37,771 nucleotides of DNA from positions 1 through 37,771 of the forward strand of contig JAJYKY010000003.1 of NCBI GenBank assembly GCA_021788195.1, given 5' to 3'. This document shows positions 9,297-17,721 of the stretch, in pieces; within the stretch, counting starts at the first letter, position 1, and the number at the start of each line of letters is the position of its first letter. The translations under genes and the position numbers were made by a program. The DNA is from a bacterium. GTDB lineage: Bacteria > Patescibacteriota > Microgenomatia > JAMCZE01. Below the pieces are notes generated by a model. It was not told where the DNA came from. It saw only the letters and a list, made by a program, of their open reading frames with translations, and made no database searches.

Positions 9297-10553
9297 CTAT
9301 CCCCCTCGACCCCCGCGGAAAACCGCTCCGCCGCCCCCGCCACCGAACCTAAAGCCGCCGCCGAAGGGAGAGGTGCCCGTTGTTCCGGAGGCCGGGGTGG
9401 TTGCACCGATAACGACGGTTTGTCCTTCCGTCAGCCCGGAGATAATTTCCGTCTGAGTGTCGGAAGTCAGGCCGGTTTGGACAGGAACAGAAGTAATCGT
9501 GTTGCCGCTTTTTACCTGGACGGTTGTCTGCCCGCCCCGGGTCAAAACCGCAGCTGATGGGACCGAAAGAACGTTGTCTTTTGTCTGGGTAATAATTTCG
9601 GCGTTAACCGACATATTGGGCAGAACGCCCTCCGGCGAGGTGTCAAACTGAATTGTCACCGGGTAATTAGTCACCCCGGAGGTAACCACGCCGCTGCGGT
9701 TAATCCCGACGACGGTACCGGTAAAAGTCTTACCAGGCTGGGCATCCAAAGTCAGAGTAGCCTTCTGGCCTTCTTTGACTTTAGTGACATCCATTTCCGA
9801 AAGACTGAAAGTGGCTGTAGGTAAATTGTTAGTCACAATATTGCCGAGAGTTTGTGCCTGGGGAACATTGCTGCTGGAGACGGCGCTGGAAATAGCCATA
9901 CCCGGAGTTAAAACCAGATCCGAGACGGTTCCGGAAATCGGGGCGGTAATAATCGGCGAATCGGCCTGGTAGGAAAGCCAGGTAGAATTGACGGCGGCCT
10001 GGGCTTGGGCAATAACGTTGCTCTGGTCTTTGTAGTCAGCTTCGGCGGCCAACCAGGAATCGTTTTCTTCGATGTAAACCGGGTCGGAAGCGGGGAGATT
10101 GTGCAGGACCGCATCGTTCATGAATTTCTGATTGGTGGTAAAGAGAGTGTTTTGCAAAGTCCAAAGCTGGGTGTTGGCGTTAGTTAAGGAATTTTGGGCG
10201 GACAAATAGGAAGACCAGGCCGCGGCGGCCCGCTGAGCGCCGGTTTGGTCCAGGTTAATTTCCAAAATATTCTGTCCGGCGGAAACAGGATCGCCATTTT
10301 TGACAAAAACATTTTTAATCTGGCCGGAGGCCTGAGTGGTAATCGGCAGGCGGTTTGCAGAAGCCACCTGACCGGATTCGGAAACAGAAGAAACAATCGT
10401 GCCGCGTGTTACCGTGGCCGTCTGGTATTGGGTGGGGGATCCCTTAGGGCCGAAAAACCGGGCATAGGATAGATAACCGACGGCAAGAATCACGGCAATT
10501 AGGGCCAATTTGGCCCGGCGGGATCGTCTTTTAAACCAGGTGACAAAACTCAT
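9297..10553 (-). CDS. MacA/HlyD-family membrane fusion (adaptor) protein
   Basis: N-terminal TM, lipoyl-like halves (SGQIKNVFVKNGDPV; ITAPISGTV), helical hairpin, VPSAAV and EIISGLTEG. Confidence 0.9.
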   Translation of the reverse strand: MSFVTWFKRRSRRAKLALIAVILAVGYLSYARFFGPKGSPTQYQTATVTRGTIVSSVSESGQVASANRLPITTQASGQIKNVFVKNGDPVSAGQNILEINLDQTGAQRAAAAWSSYLSAQNSLTNANTQLWTLQNTLFTTNQKFMNDAVLHNLPASDPVYIEENDSWLAAEADYKDQSNVIAQAQAAVNSTWLSYQADSPIITAPISGTVSDLVLTPGMAISSAVSSSNVPQAQTLGNIVTNNLPTATFSLSEMDVTKVKEGQKATLTLDAQPGKTFTGTVVGINRSGVVTSGVTNYPVTIQFDTSPEGVLPNMSVNAEIITQTKDNVLSVPSAAVLTRGGQTTVQVKSGNTITSVPVQTGLTSDTQTEIISGLTEGQTVVIGATTPASGTTGTSPFGGGFRFGGGGGGAVFRGGRGG

Positions 10554-10589
10554 ATATTTATATATACCAGGCGAGTGTAATTATATAGG

Positions 10590-10606
10590 CTGAAATTCTG
10601 CTGAAA
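10590..10606 (-). promoter_or_regulatory. Putative response-regulator binding site upstream of the efflux operon
   Basis: TTTCAG-N5-TTTCAG on the minus strand; same motif and spacing at 12349-12365. Confidence 0.55.
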
Positions 10607-10617
10607 AGAGGCAGAAT

Positions 10618-11631
10618 TTACTCCGGTTGGCTTTGCGGAAGCTCAACGGTAAAGATCGTACCGGCGCCCGGTCGGCTGTTGACGCCGATTGTCCCGTGAT
10701 GTAAATCGACGATTTTTTTGGCAATGGACAGCCCCAGCCCGAAACCCCCGGTCCCCGATTTAGCCCGGGCAGTGTCGGAACGGTAAAACCGGTCAAAAAT
10801 ATGGGGGAGGTCTTTGGGATCAATCCCCGGTCCCTGGTCGGCAATCTTCAAAATTATCCGGCCGTCGGTTTTTTGACAGTCGAGAGTGATTTGGCTTTTA
10901 GCCGGGCTGTACTTGACAGCGTTATCCAGAAGTGTCGTTGTCAGGTTAATCAGGGCGTACCGGTCGCCGGCCAGTTTAAAGTTTTCCGCGTTGTTTTCAA
11001 TCCGGATTTGTTTTTGCCGGGCCAGGGGTTCGATTTGCCGGACGGCTTCGTCGGCAATTTCGAGCAAAGTCAAGGAGGTGAATTTTATCGGCTGGGGTTT
11101 CTGGTACTGCGTCAACTTGAGAAGACCTTCGGAGAGCAGCTGTAATTTATTGACCTCTCCGAGACTGTCATTAATCAGTTTCCGGCTGTCACTAAGAGTC
11201 GGATGTTTATCCCGCAGATGAACTTCCAGGGCGCTTTTAAGGGAGGTTAAGGGGGTGCGCAGTTCGTGGGAAGCGTCGCTGATAAACCGGTTTTGCTCTT
11301 CCATCATTTCGGCAATCGGCTGCAAAGTCCGGCCGGCCAGAAAAAAACCGACGCCGCCGGAAAGGACCAGAATTCCACCGTTAATGACGATTAAAAATAA
11401 AGCCAGCCGGTATTCGGTTTCGGCCACCAGTTCCGGGTCAATGATGGTCGGCGGAGGAAGAGTGGGGTCGGCGTCGCGCAGACGTCTTTCAATGCGAAAC
11501 CTTTGGGAGAGGACAAATCTTTCCAGTTCCGATGTCTGAACTTCATAAATAACCACGCTGAAGGCGGCGCTTATCAGCATAATAAGTAATAAGTACCAGG
11601 CAGTCAGCTTCAGCCGGGCGGAGTTAAACAT
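10618..11631 (-). CDS. Sensor histidine kinase (OmpR-class partner)
   Basis: Two TMs, H-box DASHELRTPL, N-box LLDNAVKY, DQGPGI and GFGLGLSIA. Start set at ATG 11631. Confidence 0.93.
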   Translation of the reverse strand: MFNSARLKLTAWYLLLIMLISAAFSVVIYEVQTSELERFVLSQRFRIERRLRDADPTLPPPTIIDPELVAETEYRLALFLIVINGGILVLSGGVGFFLAGRTLQPIAEMMEEQNRFISDASHELRTPLTSLKSALEVHLRDKHPTLSDSRKLINDSLGEVNKLQLLSEGLLKLTQYQKPQPIKFTSLTLLEIADEAVRQIEPLARQKQIRIENNAENFKLAGDRYALINLTTTLLDNAVKYSPAKSQITLDCQKTDGRIILKIADQGPGIDPKDLPHIFDRFYRSDTARAKSGTGGFGLGLSIAKKIVDLHHGTIGVNSRPGAGTIFTVELPQSQPE

Positions 11632-12310
11632 GAGTGTTTTCGCCGATTTTATAGCCGAAACCCCGGACGGTGGCAATCAGCGATTTCTGGTTCGGGAAAG
11701 GCAGGTCAATTTTTTGGCGGAGATTGCGGATATAAACCTCAACAGTATTCGGAAGGATGTCGGCATCATAGTTCCAGACGTGGCCAATAATCTGCTCTTT
11801 AGTGAGAATCTTCCCGGCGTGGCGCATCAGGTATTCAAGAAGGGAAAATTCTTTGCTGGACAGATTAATGTTTTGCCGGGCGCGTTCGACCTGGTAAGTT
11901 TTGGTGTCTAAAGTCAGATCGTTAACTGTCAGGACAGAATCAATCGCGGTTTTCGGCCGGCGGGAAAGGGCCCGGATCCGGGCCAGAAATTCTTCAAAAG
12001 AGAACGGTTTGGTCAGGTAATCGTCGGCTCCCGAATCCAGTCCTTGGACTTTGTCCGACGTTTGTCCCCGGGCAGTCAGAATTAGAATCGGCGTGTGGAT
12101 ACCTTTTTTCCGCAGTTCCCGGCAGATCGACAGCCCGTCCATTCCCGGCAGCATCAGGTCTAAAATTAAAAGGTCGTAATCTTCGGTGGAAGCTAAGTCA
12201 AAGCCGGCATCACCGGAATAAGCCACATCGACGGCGTAACGCTCCTGTTCCAGGCCTTTTTTGATGGAGTTGGCGATTAGGTGCTCATCTTCGACGACCA
12301 GAATTCTCAT
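11624..12310 (-). CDS. OmpR/PhoB-family response regulator
   Basis: MRILVVEDE, LDLMLP, GADDYLTKPF and winged-helix end TVRGFGY. Start set at ATG 12310. Confidence 0.95.
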   Translation of the reverse strand: MRILVVEDEHLIANSIKKGLEQERYAVDVAYSGDAGFDLASTEDYDLLILDLMLPGMDGLSICRELRKKGIHTPILILTARGQTSDKVQGLDSGADDYLTKPFSFEEFLARIRALSRRPKTAIDSVLTVNDLTLDTKTYQVERARQNINLSSKEFSLLEYLMRHAGKILTKEQIIGHVWNYDADILPNTVEVYIRNLRQKIDLPFPNQKSLIATVRGFGYKIGENTHV

Positions 12311-12322
12311 ATCTTGTTGCCA

Positions 12323-12365
12323 ATTATACCCCAATATAGGGAAGTTCCCTGAAAGTAAGCTGAAA
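12323..12365 (-). promoter_or_regulatory. Putative autoregulated promoter of the response regulator
   Basis: TTTCAG-N5-TTTCAG (12365-12349) followed by TATAAT (12328-12323). Confidence 0.55.
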
Positions 12366-12432
12366 AAGCGGCTGGCCGATTTGATACCGGTCTCACAAGA
12401 TTTTTCCGCATTCTTCCCCATAGAATAGGAAA

Positions 12433-12750
12433 ATGGCCGGCATAATTTTACTGTTGTTGATAATTCTCTGGATCTTAGGCTATCTTTCCGTTCCCGGCTT
12501 AACCGTGCCCCGGTTTCCTCTGTTTTATCTTGGCGTTCATCCGGTGACTTTGTGGGATATTCTGGTCTTTATTTTAATTCTCTGGATTGCCGGTATTGCT
12601 CCCAGCCCGTTTCGGGAAATTTTTTGGGCGGCGGTCGTCTTGTGGCTTCTGACTGTTGTGGGGATTTTGGTGATCACCGGGTTCCAGACACTTTTGGTAT
12701 TGGCAGTAATCATCGGGGTGGCAATGTCGCTTCTTCACGGCAGTTTGTGA
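12433..12750 (+). CDS. Small hydrophobic membrane protein (about 4 TM)
   Basis: 105 aa, almost entirely hydrophobic; TAGAAT 6 nt upstream of the ATG. Confidence 0.75.
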   Translation: MAGIILLLLIILWILGYLSVPGLTVPRFPLFYLGVHPVTLWDILVFILILWIAGIAPSPFREIFWAAVVLWLLTVVGILVITGFQTLLVLAVIIGVAMSLLHGSL

Positions 12751-12762
12751 TATACTCCGCCC

Positions 12763-12969
12763 ATGGCAAAAAACGAAAGAGAAATATTTATAGCGCCTTG
12801 TCCGGACAAAGACGGGCGGGTGTTTACTCTCGACCTTGATACCAAGGAAGGCATTTGTCTTTGCCCGGCCAATCCGGCCGGCTGTCTAGTTGACGGCCGA
12901 AACCACCTGTTAGAACCCCAAACTCTCTTGGGCCCGGTGGCTACCTCTGCAGACGGCGCAACCGCCTAA
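12763..12969 (+). CDS. Hypothetical 68-aa Cys-containing protein
   Basis: TG-a-TATACT 6 nt upstream of the ATG; four Cys (C...CxC...C). Confidence 0.55.
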   Translation: MAKNEREIFIAPCPDKDGRVFTLDLDTKEGICLCPANPAGCLVDGRNHLLEPQTLLGPVATSADGATA

Positions 12970-13272
12970 TCACTTTAACCATATTGATCTCTTTTGTCCG
13001 ACCCGGAGAAACCCGGGACGGTTCTAACCCAATCGGGGTGCGTTAAGAGATCTTTTTGCCAAAAGCCTTCGTCCGTAATTCCGTCCGGCCCGGATAAATC
13101 CCCAGAGAGTAGCCCAGAAGCCCCAAGCCACTGATTCTTAGGTTTTCTGCCATCATTCGCTTAGAGAAATAATTTTAAAGAGACGGTATGGGATTTGTAA
13201 GGGGAACCTTTTCGGCTTGCATGCGGGGAAGGCGGCTTTATAATCGTTAGTATTCGCAACAATAATAAATAT

Positions 13273-14658
13273 ATGCCCACGATGAAATTTCCCTGGCAGC
13301 GGATTTATGGTTACGGTTTTGCAGTTTTAGTCAGCCTGATGGTTTTAGTTGTCAAGTACCTTTTAGGTCTGACCTTTGAAGCTCCCTATTTGCTGCTTTT
13401 TGTGGCCGTCGTTATCAGCGCGCTTTACGGTGGTTTGGGGCCGAGTTTACTGGCTACCTTTTTGACGGCAGCCTTGGTCAACATTTATTTTATTTTCCCT
13501 ACCGGTGAACTGATAGTAGACCGGAAGGTGGACATTCAACTGGTGACCTACATCGCCCAGGGGCTTCTGGTCAGTCTGATTGTGGAGTGGCACAGACGGT
13601 CGGACAGAAAAAACCGGCTGGCGGAAAAACAATTGTCGTATCTCGGAGCCATCGTCGAGTCCGCCGAAGAGGCAATCTTCAGCAAAGACCTTAACGGAAT
13701 CGTCACCAGTTGGAACAAGGGAGCAGAACACCTCTATGGTTTTAAAGCAATGGAAATTGTTGGAAAATGTATTAAGGTAACGGTACCGGAGGAAAAAATT
13801 GCCGAGTGGGAGGCGATGATGGCCTGTCTGCGACGGGGGCAAAGAACGGATACTCTTGAAACCATCCGGCGCAAGAAAAACGGCGATCTTATTAATGTTT
13901 CGCTGACGGTTTCTCTGATCAAAAATTCCCAAGGGAAAACCTTAGGCATATCCAGCATTGCCCGGAACATCACCCGGCGGGTGGAACTGGAAAAAAGGCG
14001 GGACGAGTTTCTCGGTCTGGCCAGCCACGAACTGAAAACTCCGATTACGACGATCAAAGCTTACAACCAGGCTTTGCAGAATTTTCCGGAGGTCAGAAAC
14101 AGCCAGGCGGCCCTGATTTTAAAAAAGGCAGAAGGCCAGATTGACCGGCTGACACGGCTGATTACCGAACTCTTAAATGTCTCCCGGATCGAAGAAGGCA
14201 AGTTGGAACTGGTCCCGTCGAAGTTTGATTTCGACAATCTGGTCCGGACGACAGTGGAGGATATTCAGGTTACTACGGCTCAACATAAGATTGTTCTTAG
14301 CGGTCGGACAGGGGAAACCTTGCTGGCCGACAGGGAAAGAATCCAGGAAGTTCTGGTTAACCTCCTGACTAACGCGATAAAGTATTCGCCTTACGGCAAA
14401 AATGTCCGGGTTAACCTTTCGGCTGCTGACCACCACGTGCAGGTAAATATCCGGGATTACGGGATTGGAATTTCGCAGGGTGACCAGAAAAAAGTTTTTG
14501 AGAAATATTACCGCGCGCAAAGCAACAACAATCCTTATCCCGGGTTGGGAATAGGCCTGTATTTAGCCAGGGATATAATTAACCGACACGGCGGAAAAAT
14601 CGGAGTGAAAAGCCGGAAAGGCCTGGGGTCAAATTTTTATTTTAGTTTGCCGATTTGA
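13273..14658 (+). CDS. PAS-domain sensor histidine kinase with DUF4118-like membrane region
   Basis: Four N-terminal TMs, PAS (SWNKGAEHLYG), H-box ASHELKTP, NLLTNAIKYS, DYGIGI and GLGIGLY. Confidence 0.92.
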   Translation: MPTMKFPWQRIYGYGFAVLVSLMVLVVKYLLGLTFEAPYLLLFVAVVISALYGGLGPSLLATFLTAALVNIYFIFPTGELIVDRKVDIQLVTYIAQGLLVSLIVEWHRRSDRKNRLAEKQLSYLGAIVESAEEAIFSKDLNGIVTSWNKGAEHLYGFKAMEIVGKCIKVTVPEEKIAEWEAMMACLRRGQRTDTLETIRRKKNGDLINVSLTVSLIKNSQGKTLGISSIARNITRRVELEKRRDEFLGLASHELKTPITTIKAYNQALQNFPEVRNSQAALILKKAEGQIDRLTRLITELLNVSRIEEGKLELVPSKFDFDNLVRTTVEDIQVTTAQHKIVLSGRTGETLLADRERIQEVLVNLLTNAIKYSPYGKNVRVNLSAADHHVQVNIRDYGIGISQGDQKKVFEKYYRAQSNNNPYPGLGIGLYLARDIINRHGGKIGVKSRKGLGSNFYFSLPI

Positions 14659-15041
14659 TTAAACCAAAGATCCTGATTATTGACGATGATCACAGTATTC
14701 TGGAGGTGCTGCGGTTTATTCTGGAGCCGGAAGGTTACGACGTGGAGACAACCCCTGATGCCAAAAGACTTTTTGCCCGGAAAGACCACTTTCCGAATTT
14801 AATTCTTCTGGACCTGTCACTTTTAGGTGAAAGCGGGGGAAACATTTGCCGGAAATTGAAACAGAATCCGAAGACAAAGAAAATTCCTGTCGTTTTACTC
14901 TCTGCTCACTCACCGGAACATTTAAAAGAAGAGGCTAGATCAGCGAAAGCGGACGCCTTTCTGCCTAAACCATTTGACATTGAAATCTTAAAGGCTGTCG
15001 TTAAAAAATATTACCAGCCTCCGGTGCTGCCCGGTTCTTAA
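14655..15041 (+). CDS. Single-domain response regulator (receiver only)
   Basis: ILIIDDD, LILLDLSL, LLSA and FLPKPF; TTG start overlaps the kinase stop. Confidence 0.9.
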   Translation: MIKPKILIIDDDHSILEVLRFILEPEGYDVETTPDAKRLFARKDHFPNLILLDLSLLGESGGNICRKLKQNPKTKKIPVVLLSAHSPEHLKEEARSAKADAFLPKPFDIEILKAVVKKYYQPPVLPGS

Positions 15042-15107
15042 ACCGGATTTGCCGTCTTCTTACAATTCATTAATTGATTTCACAAGCCCCCAACTTAGAT
15101 TATCCGT

Positions 15108-15575
15108 ATGACAACATTCGGAACAAACCTCGTTCTTTTAATGCTCGCTCTCACTTTAGCCGCGACCGTAGCTTTGGTAAAAAATTTTCCTGCAGCAAAA
15201 ATTATCCGGCCCCAAATTGTCAGCCCGGTTGAAGTTTACAAGTTTAATCATCAAGATCCCTCGCCGGCACCCTCTAAACCCTCCGGTCCTGCCCCCGATT
15301 CCTCTTCTGATTTCCAGTACCCCGGCAGCCGCGTGGTGGAAAAAAGTGCCGGTTCCACCTCGTACGAAAGCCCGGACGACCCCCAGACAATCACCAACTG
15401 GTACCGCCGCAAAATAGAAAGTTTGGGGATGCCGGCCACCTCGTTTATTCAAACCAACACGAACGGCAATATTCTTAACAAACTAATAGGCGCTAAAGGA
15501 AGCAGTCAGTGGAGTGTGGAAATCACTAAAACCAGCGGGGATCCGGTTGCCAGGATCCGGGTGGTTTCTTCTTAA
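15108..15575 (+). CDS. Membrane-anchored/exported hypothetical protein
   Basis: N-terminal hydrophobic helix, Pro/Ser linker, then a globular domain starting FQYPGS; TAGATT 6 nt before the ATG. Confidence 0.75.
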   Translation: MTTFGTNLVLLMLALTLAATVALVKNFPAAKIIRPQIVSPVEVYKFNHQDPSPAPSKPSGPAPDSSSDFQYPGSRVVEKSAGSTSYESPDDPQTITNWYRRKIESLGMPATSFIQTNTNGNILNKLIGAKGSSQWSVEITKTSGDPVARIRVVSS

Positions 15576-15585
15576 AACTTAAAAT

Positions 15586-16143
15586 ATGAAGCGGAAGCTT
15601 CCGATAGGCTTACTTGTTCTACCCCTTGCGGCGGCGGGCCTGGCGGCCGGATGGTATTTTCGCCCCTTCGGCCGGGTCAATAAAACCGTTGCCTCTCCGG
15701 TCTTAACTTCCGCTCCCGACCCCGGACTTCTTAAAAAAACCCTGATTAACCGCTGGTTTACTTTTCCGATGCGGGACAATAGCGGTTCGGAAGTTACCCA
15801 AATTTCCTACGGGGTGGACTCGGCGGAACTGCGTAACGAAATAATTTTAAACGGCCAGACAGCTACGGCTGCTCCCGGGCGGGTCTTTCTTATTTTTAAT
15901 ATCCGGCTGCGCAACGACTCCAGCCAACCGGTACAGTTGGCTACCGGCGACTACGTTCGGTTAAACACGAATAATGGCCAGGACTGGCTGGCGCCGGAAA
16001 TTAATAACGATCCGGTTATTGTCCAGGCGATTTCGACCAAACTTACCAGGTTAGGTTTTCCGATTAACCAAACCGCGACTGACTTTAAACTGCAGGTCGG
16101 AGAAATCAAGGGCGACAAAACCACTTTTGAGGTAAATTTTTGA
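15586..16143 (+). CDS. Membrane-anchored beta-sandwich protein (DUF4352-like)
   Basis: N-terminal TM; GRVFLIFNIRLRN and terminal RLGFPI...FKLQVG pattern like DUF4352 Ig-fold proteins. Confidence 0.65.
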   Translation: MKRKLPIGLLVLPLAAAGLAAGWYFRPFGRVNKTVASPVLTSAPDPGLLKKTLINRWFTFPMRDNSGSEVTQISYGVDSAELRNEIILNGQTATAAPGRVFLIFNIRLRNDSSQPVQLATGDYVRLNTNNGQDWLAPEINNDPVIVQAISTKLTRLGFPINQTATDFKLQVGEIKGDKTTFEVNF

Positions 16144-16349
16144 CCGGGGCCTTCTTTAAAGAATCCTACAGGCTTATACCTATAATTCTTCGTGTAAGAA
16201 TTGTCCCTTAAAAAATTACATTAGCCCTTGCTTTCCTTCCGCAGATTGTTTTCCTGTTACTTACCTCTTACATTTCTTTCATCTGCCTCTCACTACCGGT
16301 CTTTAATGTATTTTGTGAAGTGCTCTTCCGATTTTTGGAAGAAGTTTAA

Positions 16350-16364
16350 AAGGGAGGGGGGTGA
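16350..16364 (+). promoter_or_regulatory. Very strong ribosome-binding site
   Basis: AGGGAGGGGGGTGA-type purine tract about 10 nt upstream of ATG 16374. Confidence 0.65.
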
Positions 16365-16373
16365 AATAAGATA

Positions 16374-17615
16374 ATGATTAATAAGAGAAAAATTGCGGCG
16401 GCCATTTCCACTTTCGCTTTAGCCTTTAATTCCGTCGTTCCCCTTGCCTGGGCCACCACGAACCTGACCGATACCGGTAACGGGGCCGACTCCACAAATA
16501 TTCTTACGCAAAACGTCAACACCACCACCAGTGTGGTGCAAAGCAATACGGCCAACATTACCAATGATATTTCCGTGAATACGGAATCAGGTGATAACAC
16601 GGCCAGTAAGAATACCGGCGGCAACACGACAATTAGCACCGGGGATTCGGTGGCTGTGGTTAACTTATTGACGGCGGCCAATGTCAATAAGGCCTTGGTT
16701 ACCGGTTGTGAAACCTGTAATAGCGGAGACACAAATTTGGCGACCAGCGGAAACGGAGCTGACAGTCAGAACACGACGACCCTGAACTCGGTAAACACGA
16801 ATTCGGTTTTCCAGAATAATGATGCGACGCTGACCAACAACGTCAACGCGCACTTGGAAAGCGGGGATAACACGGCCAGTAAGAATACCGGCGGTACAGC
16901 CGGAGGAAACGTGACTATTATGACTGGCGACTCGCTGGGGCAGGTGAACATTACCAATCGGGCAAACGCGAATTTGGCGCAAATCGGGACAACCGGAGGA
17001 ACTGCCGGCGGGACGATTAATCTGGCAGATACCGGAAACGGAGCTGACAGTAATAATATTGTCACCCTGAACCATAATCTGACCAATATGATCGTTCAAG
17101 GTAATGCGGCCTGGCTTCATAACAACGTGGACATCTATGCCGAGTCGGGAGACAACACGGCCAGTAAGAATACCGGGAATAATACGACGATTGATACCGG
17201 GATGTCGAGCGTCACGACTAACGTCGATAACGCGGTGAACTTTAACAGTGCGGCCGTCGATTGCGGTTGTCTGACGAATCTTAACGCCAAGATAGGCGAA
17301 AACGGTAGCGATAGCCACAGTACCGTTACCTCAAACCTTACGGGCGGATTGGAACTTTTCCAGGGCGGCGGTGAAGAGAGCGGAAACGCACTTCATCTGA
17401 CCAATAACCTCAGTCCATTCGCCCAGTCGGGTTCAAACGGGGCCGGGAAAAATACCGGGCCGGTAGTGGATCCCGTTTATGTCGCGACAGGCAATTCCGG
17501 AAGTTTAACCAACGTCACAAATCGGGCCAACGAGAATCTGTTCGGCACAACCAGTTTGCCGGGTGGGTTTGATTTGGCTTTCAATTTTGATTTTGGAAGC
17601 CTGTTCGGGTTTTAA
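16374..17615 (+). CDS. Secreted Asn/Thr/Gly-rich protein with four ~90-aa repeats (candidate major fibre subunit)
   Basis: Sec signal ending AWA; repeats GNGADSxN...QxNxA...ESGDNTASKNTG...TGDS...ANxN; aromatic C-terminal tail. Confidence 0.85.
   Translation: MINKRKIAAAISTFALAFNSVVPLAWATTNLTDTGNGADSTNILTQNVNTTTSVVQSNTANITNDISVNTESGDNTASKNTGGNTTISTGDSVAVVNLLTAANVNKALVTGCETCNSGDTNLATSGNGADSQNTTTLNSVNTNSVFQNNDATLTNNVNAHLESGDNTASKNTGGTAGGNVTIMTGDSLGQVNITNRANANLAQIGTTGGTAGGTINLADTGNGADSNNIVTLNHNLTNMIVQGNAAWLHNNVDIYAESGDNTASKNTGNNTTIDTGMSSVTTNVDNAVNFNSAAVDCGCLTNLNAKIGENGSDSHSTVTSNLTGGLELFQGGGEESGNALHLTNNLSPFAQSGSNGAGKNTGPVVDPVYVATGNSGSLTNVTNRANENLFGTTSLPGGFDLAFNFDFGSLFGF
16593..17176 (+). repeat. 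Three near-identical intragenic DNA repeats
   Basis: GATAACACGGCCAGTAAGAATACCGGCGG at 16593 and 16866; GACAACACGGCCAGTAAGAATACCGG at 17151. Confidence 0.9.
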
Positions 17616-17638
17616 GGACAAGGAGGCTTGTTCTTGGC

Positions 17639-17672
17639 GGGGCGTCTTTCCTGCACTTCGGAAGGGCGCCCC
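17639..17672 (+). other. Strong intercistronic RNA hairpin without a U-tract
   Basis: GGGGCGTCTTTCC / 8-nt loop / GGAAGGGCGCCCC; 13-bp stem including 2 G-U pairs. Confidence 0.7.
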
Positions 17673-17721
17673 AAAGGGCCCGGAAACGAAAGGGGAAAAT
17701 AATAAATATTGAACCAGCAAA

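Noticed and set aside
16144-16373. Structured ncRNA or riboswitch in the 230-nt gap
   Set aside because: It is AT/pyrimidine-rich with no convincing stems or recognisable aptamer; more likely a promoter region.
16593-17176. Spaced ~29-nt direct repeats as a CRISPR array
   Set aside because: Spacing is about 270-285 nt, the repeats are in frame inside a coding gene, and no cas genes are present.
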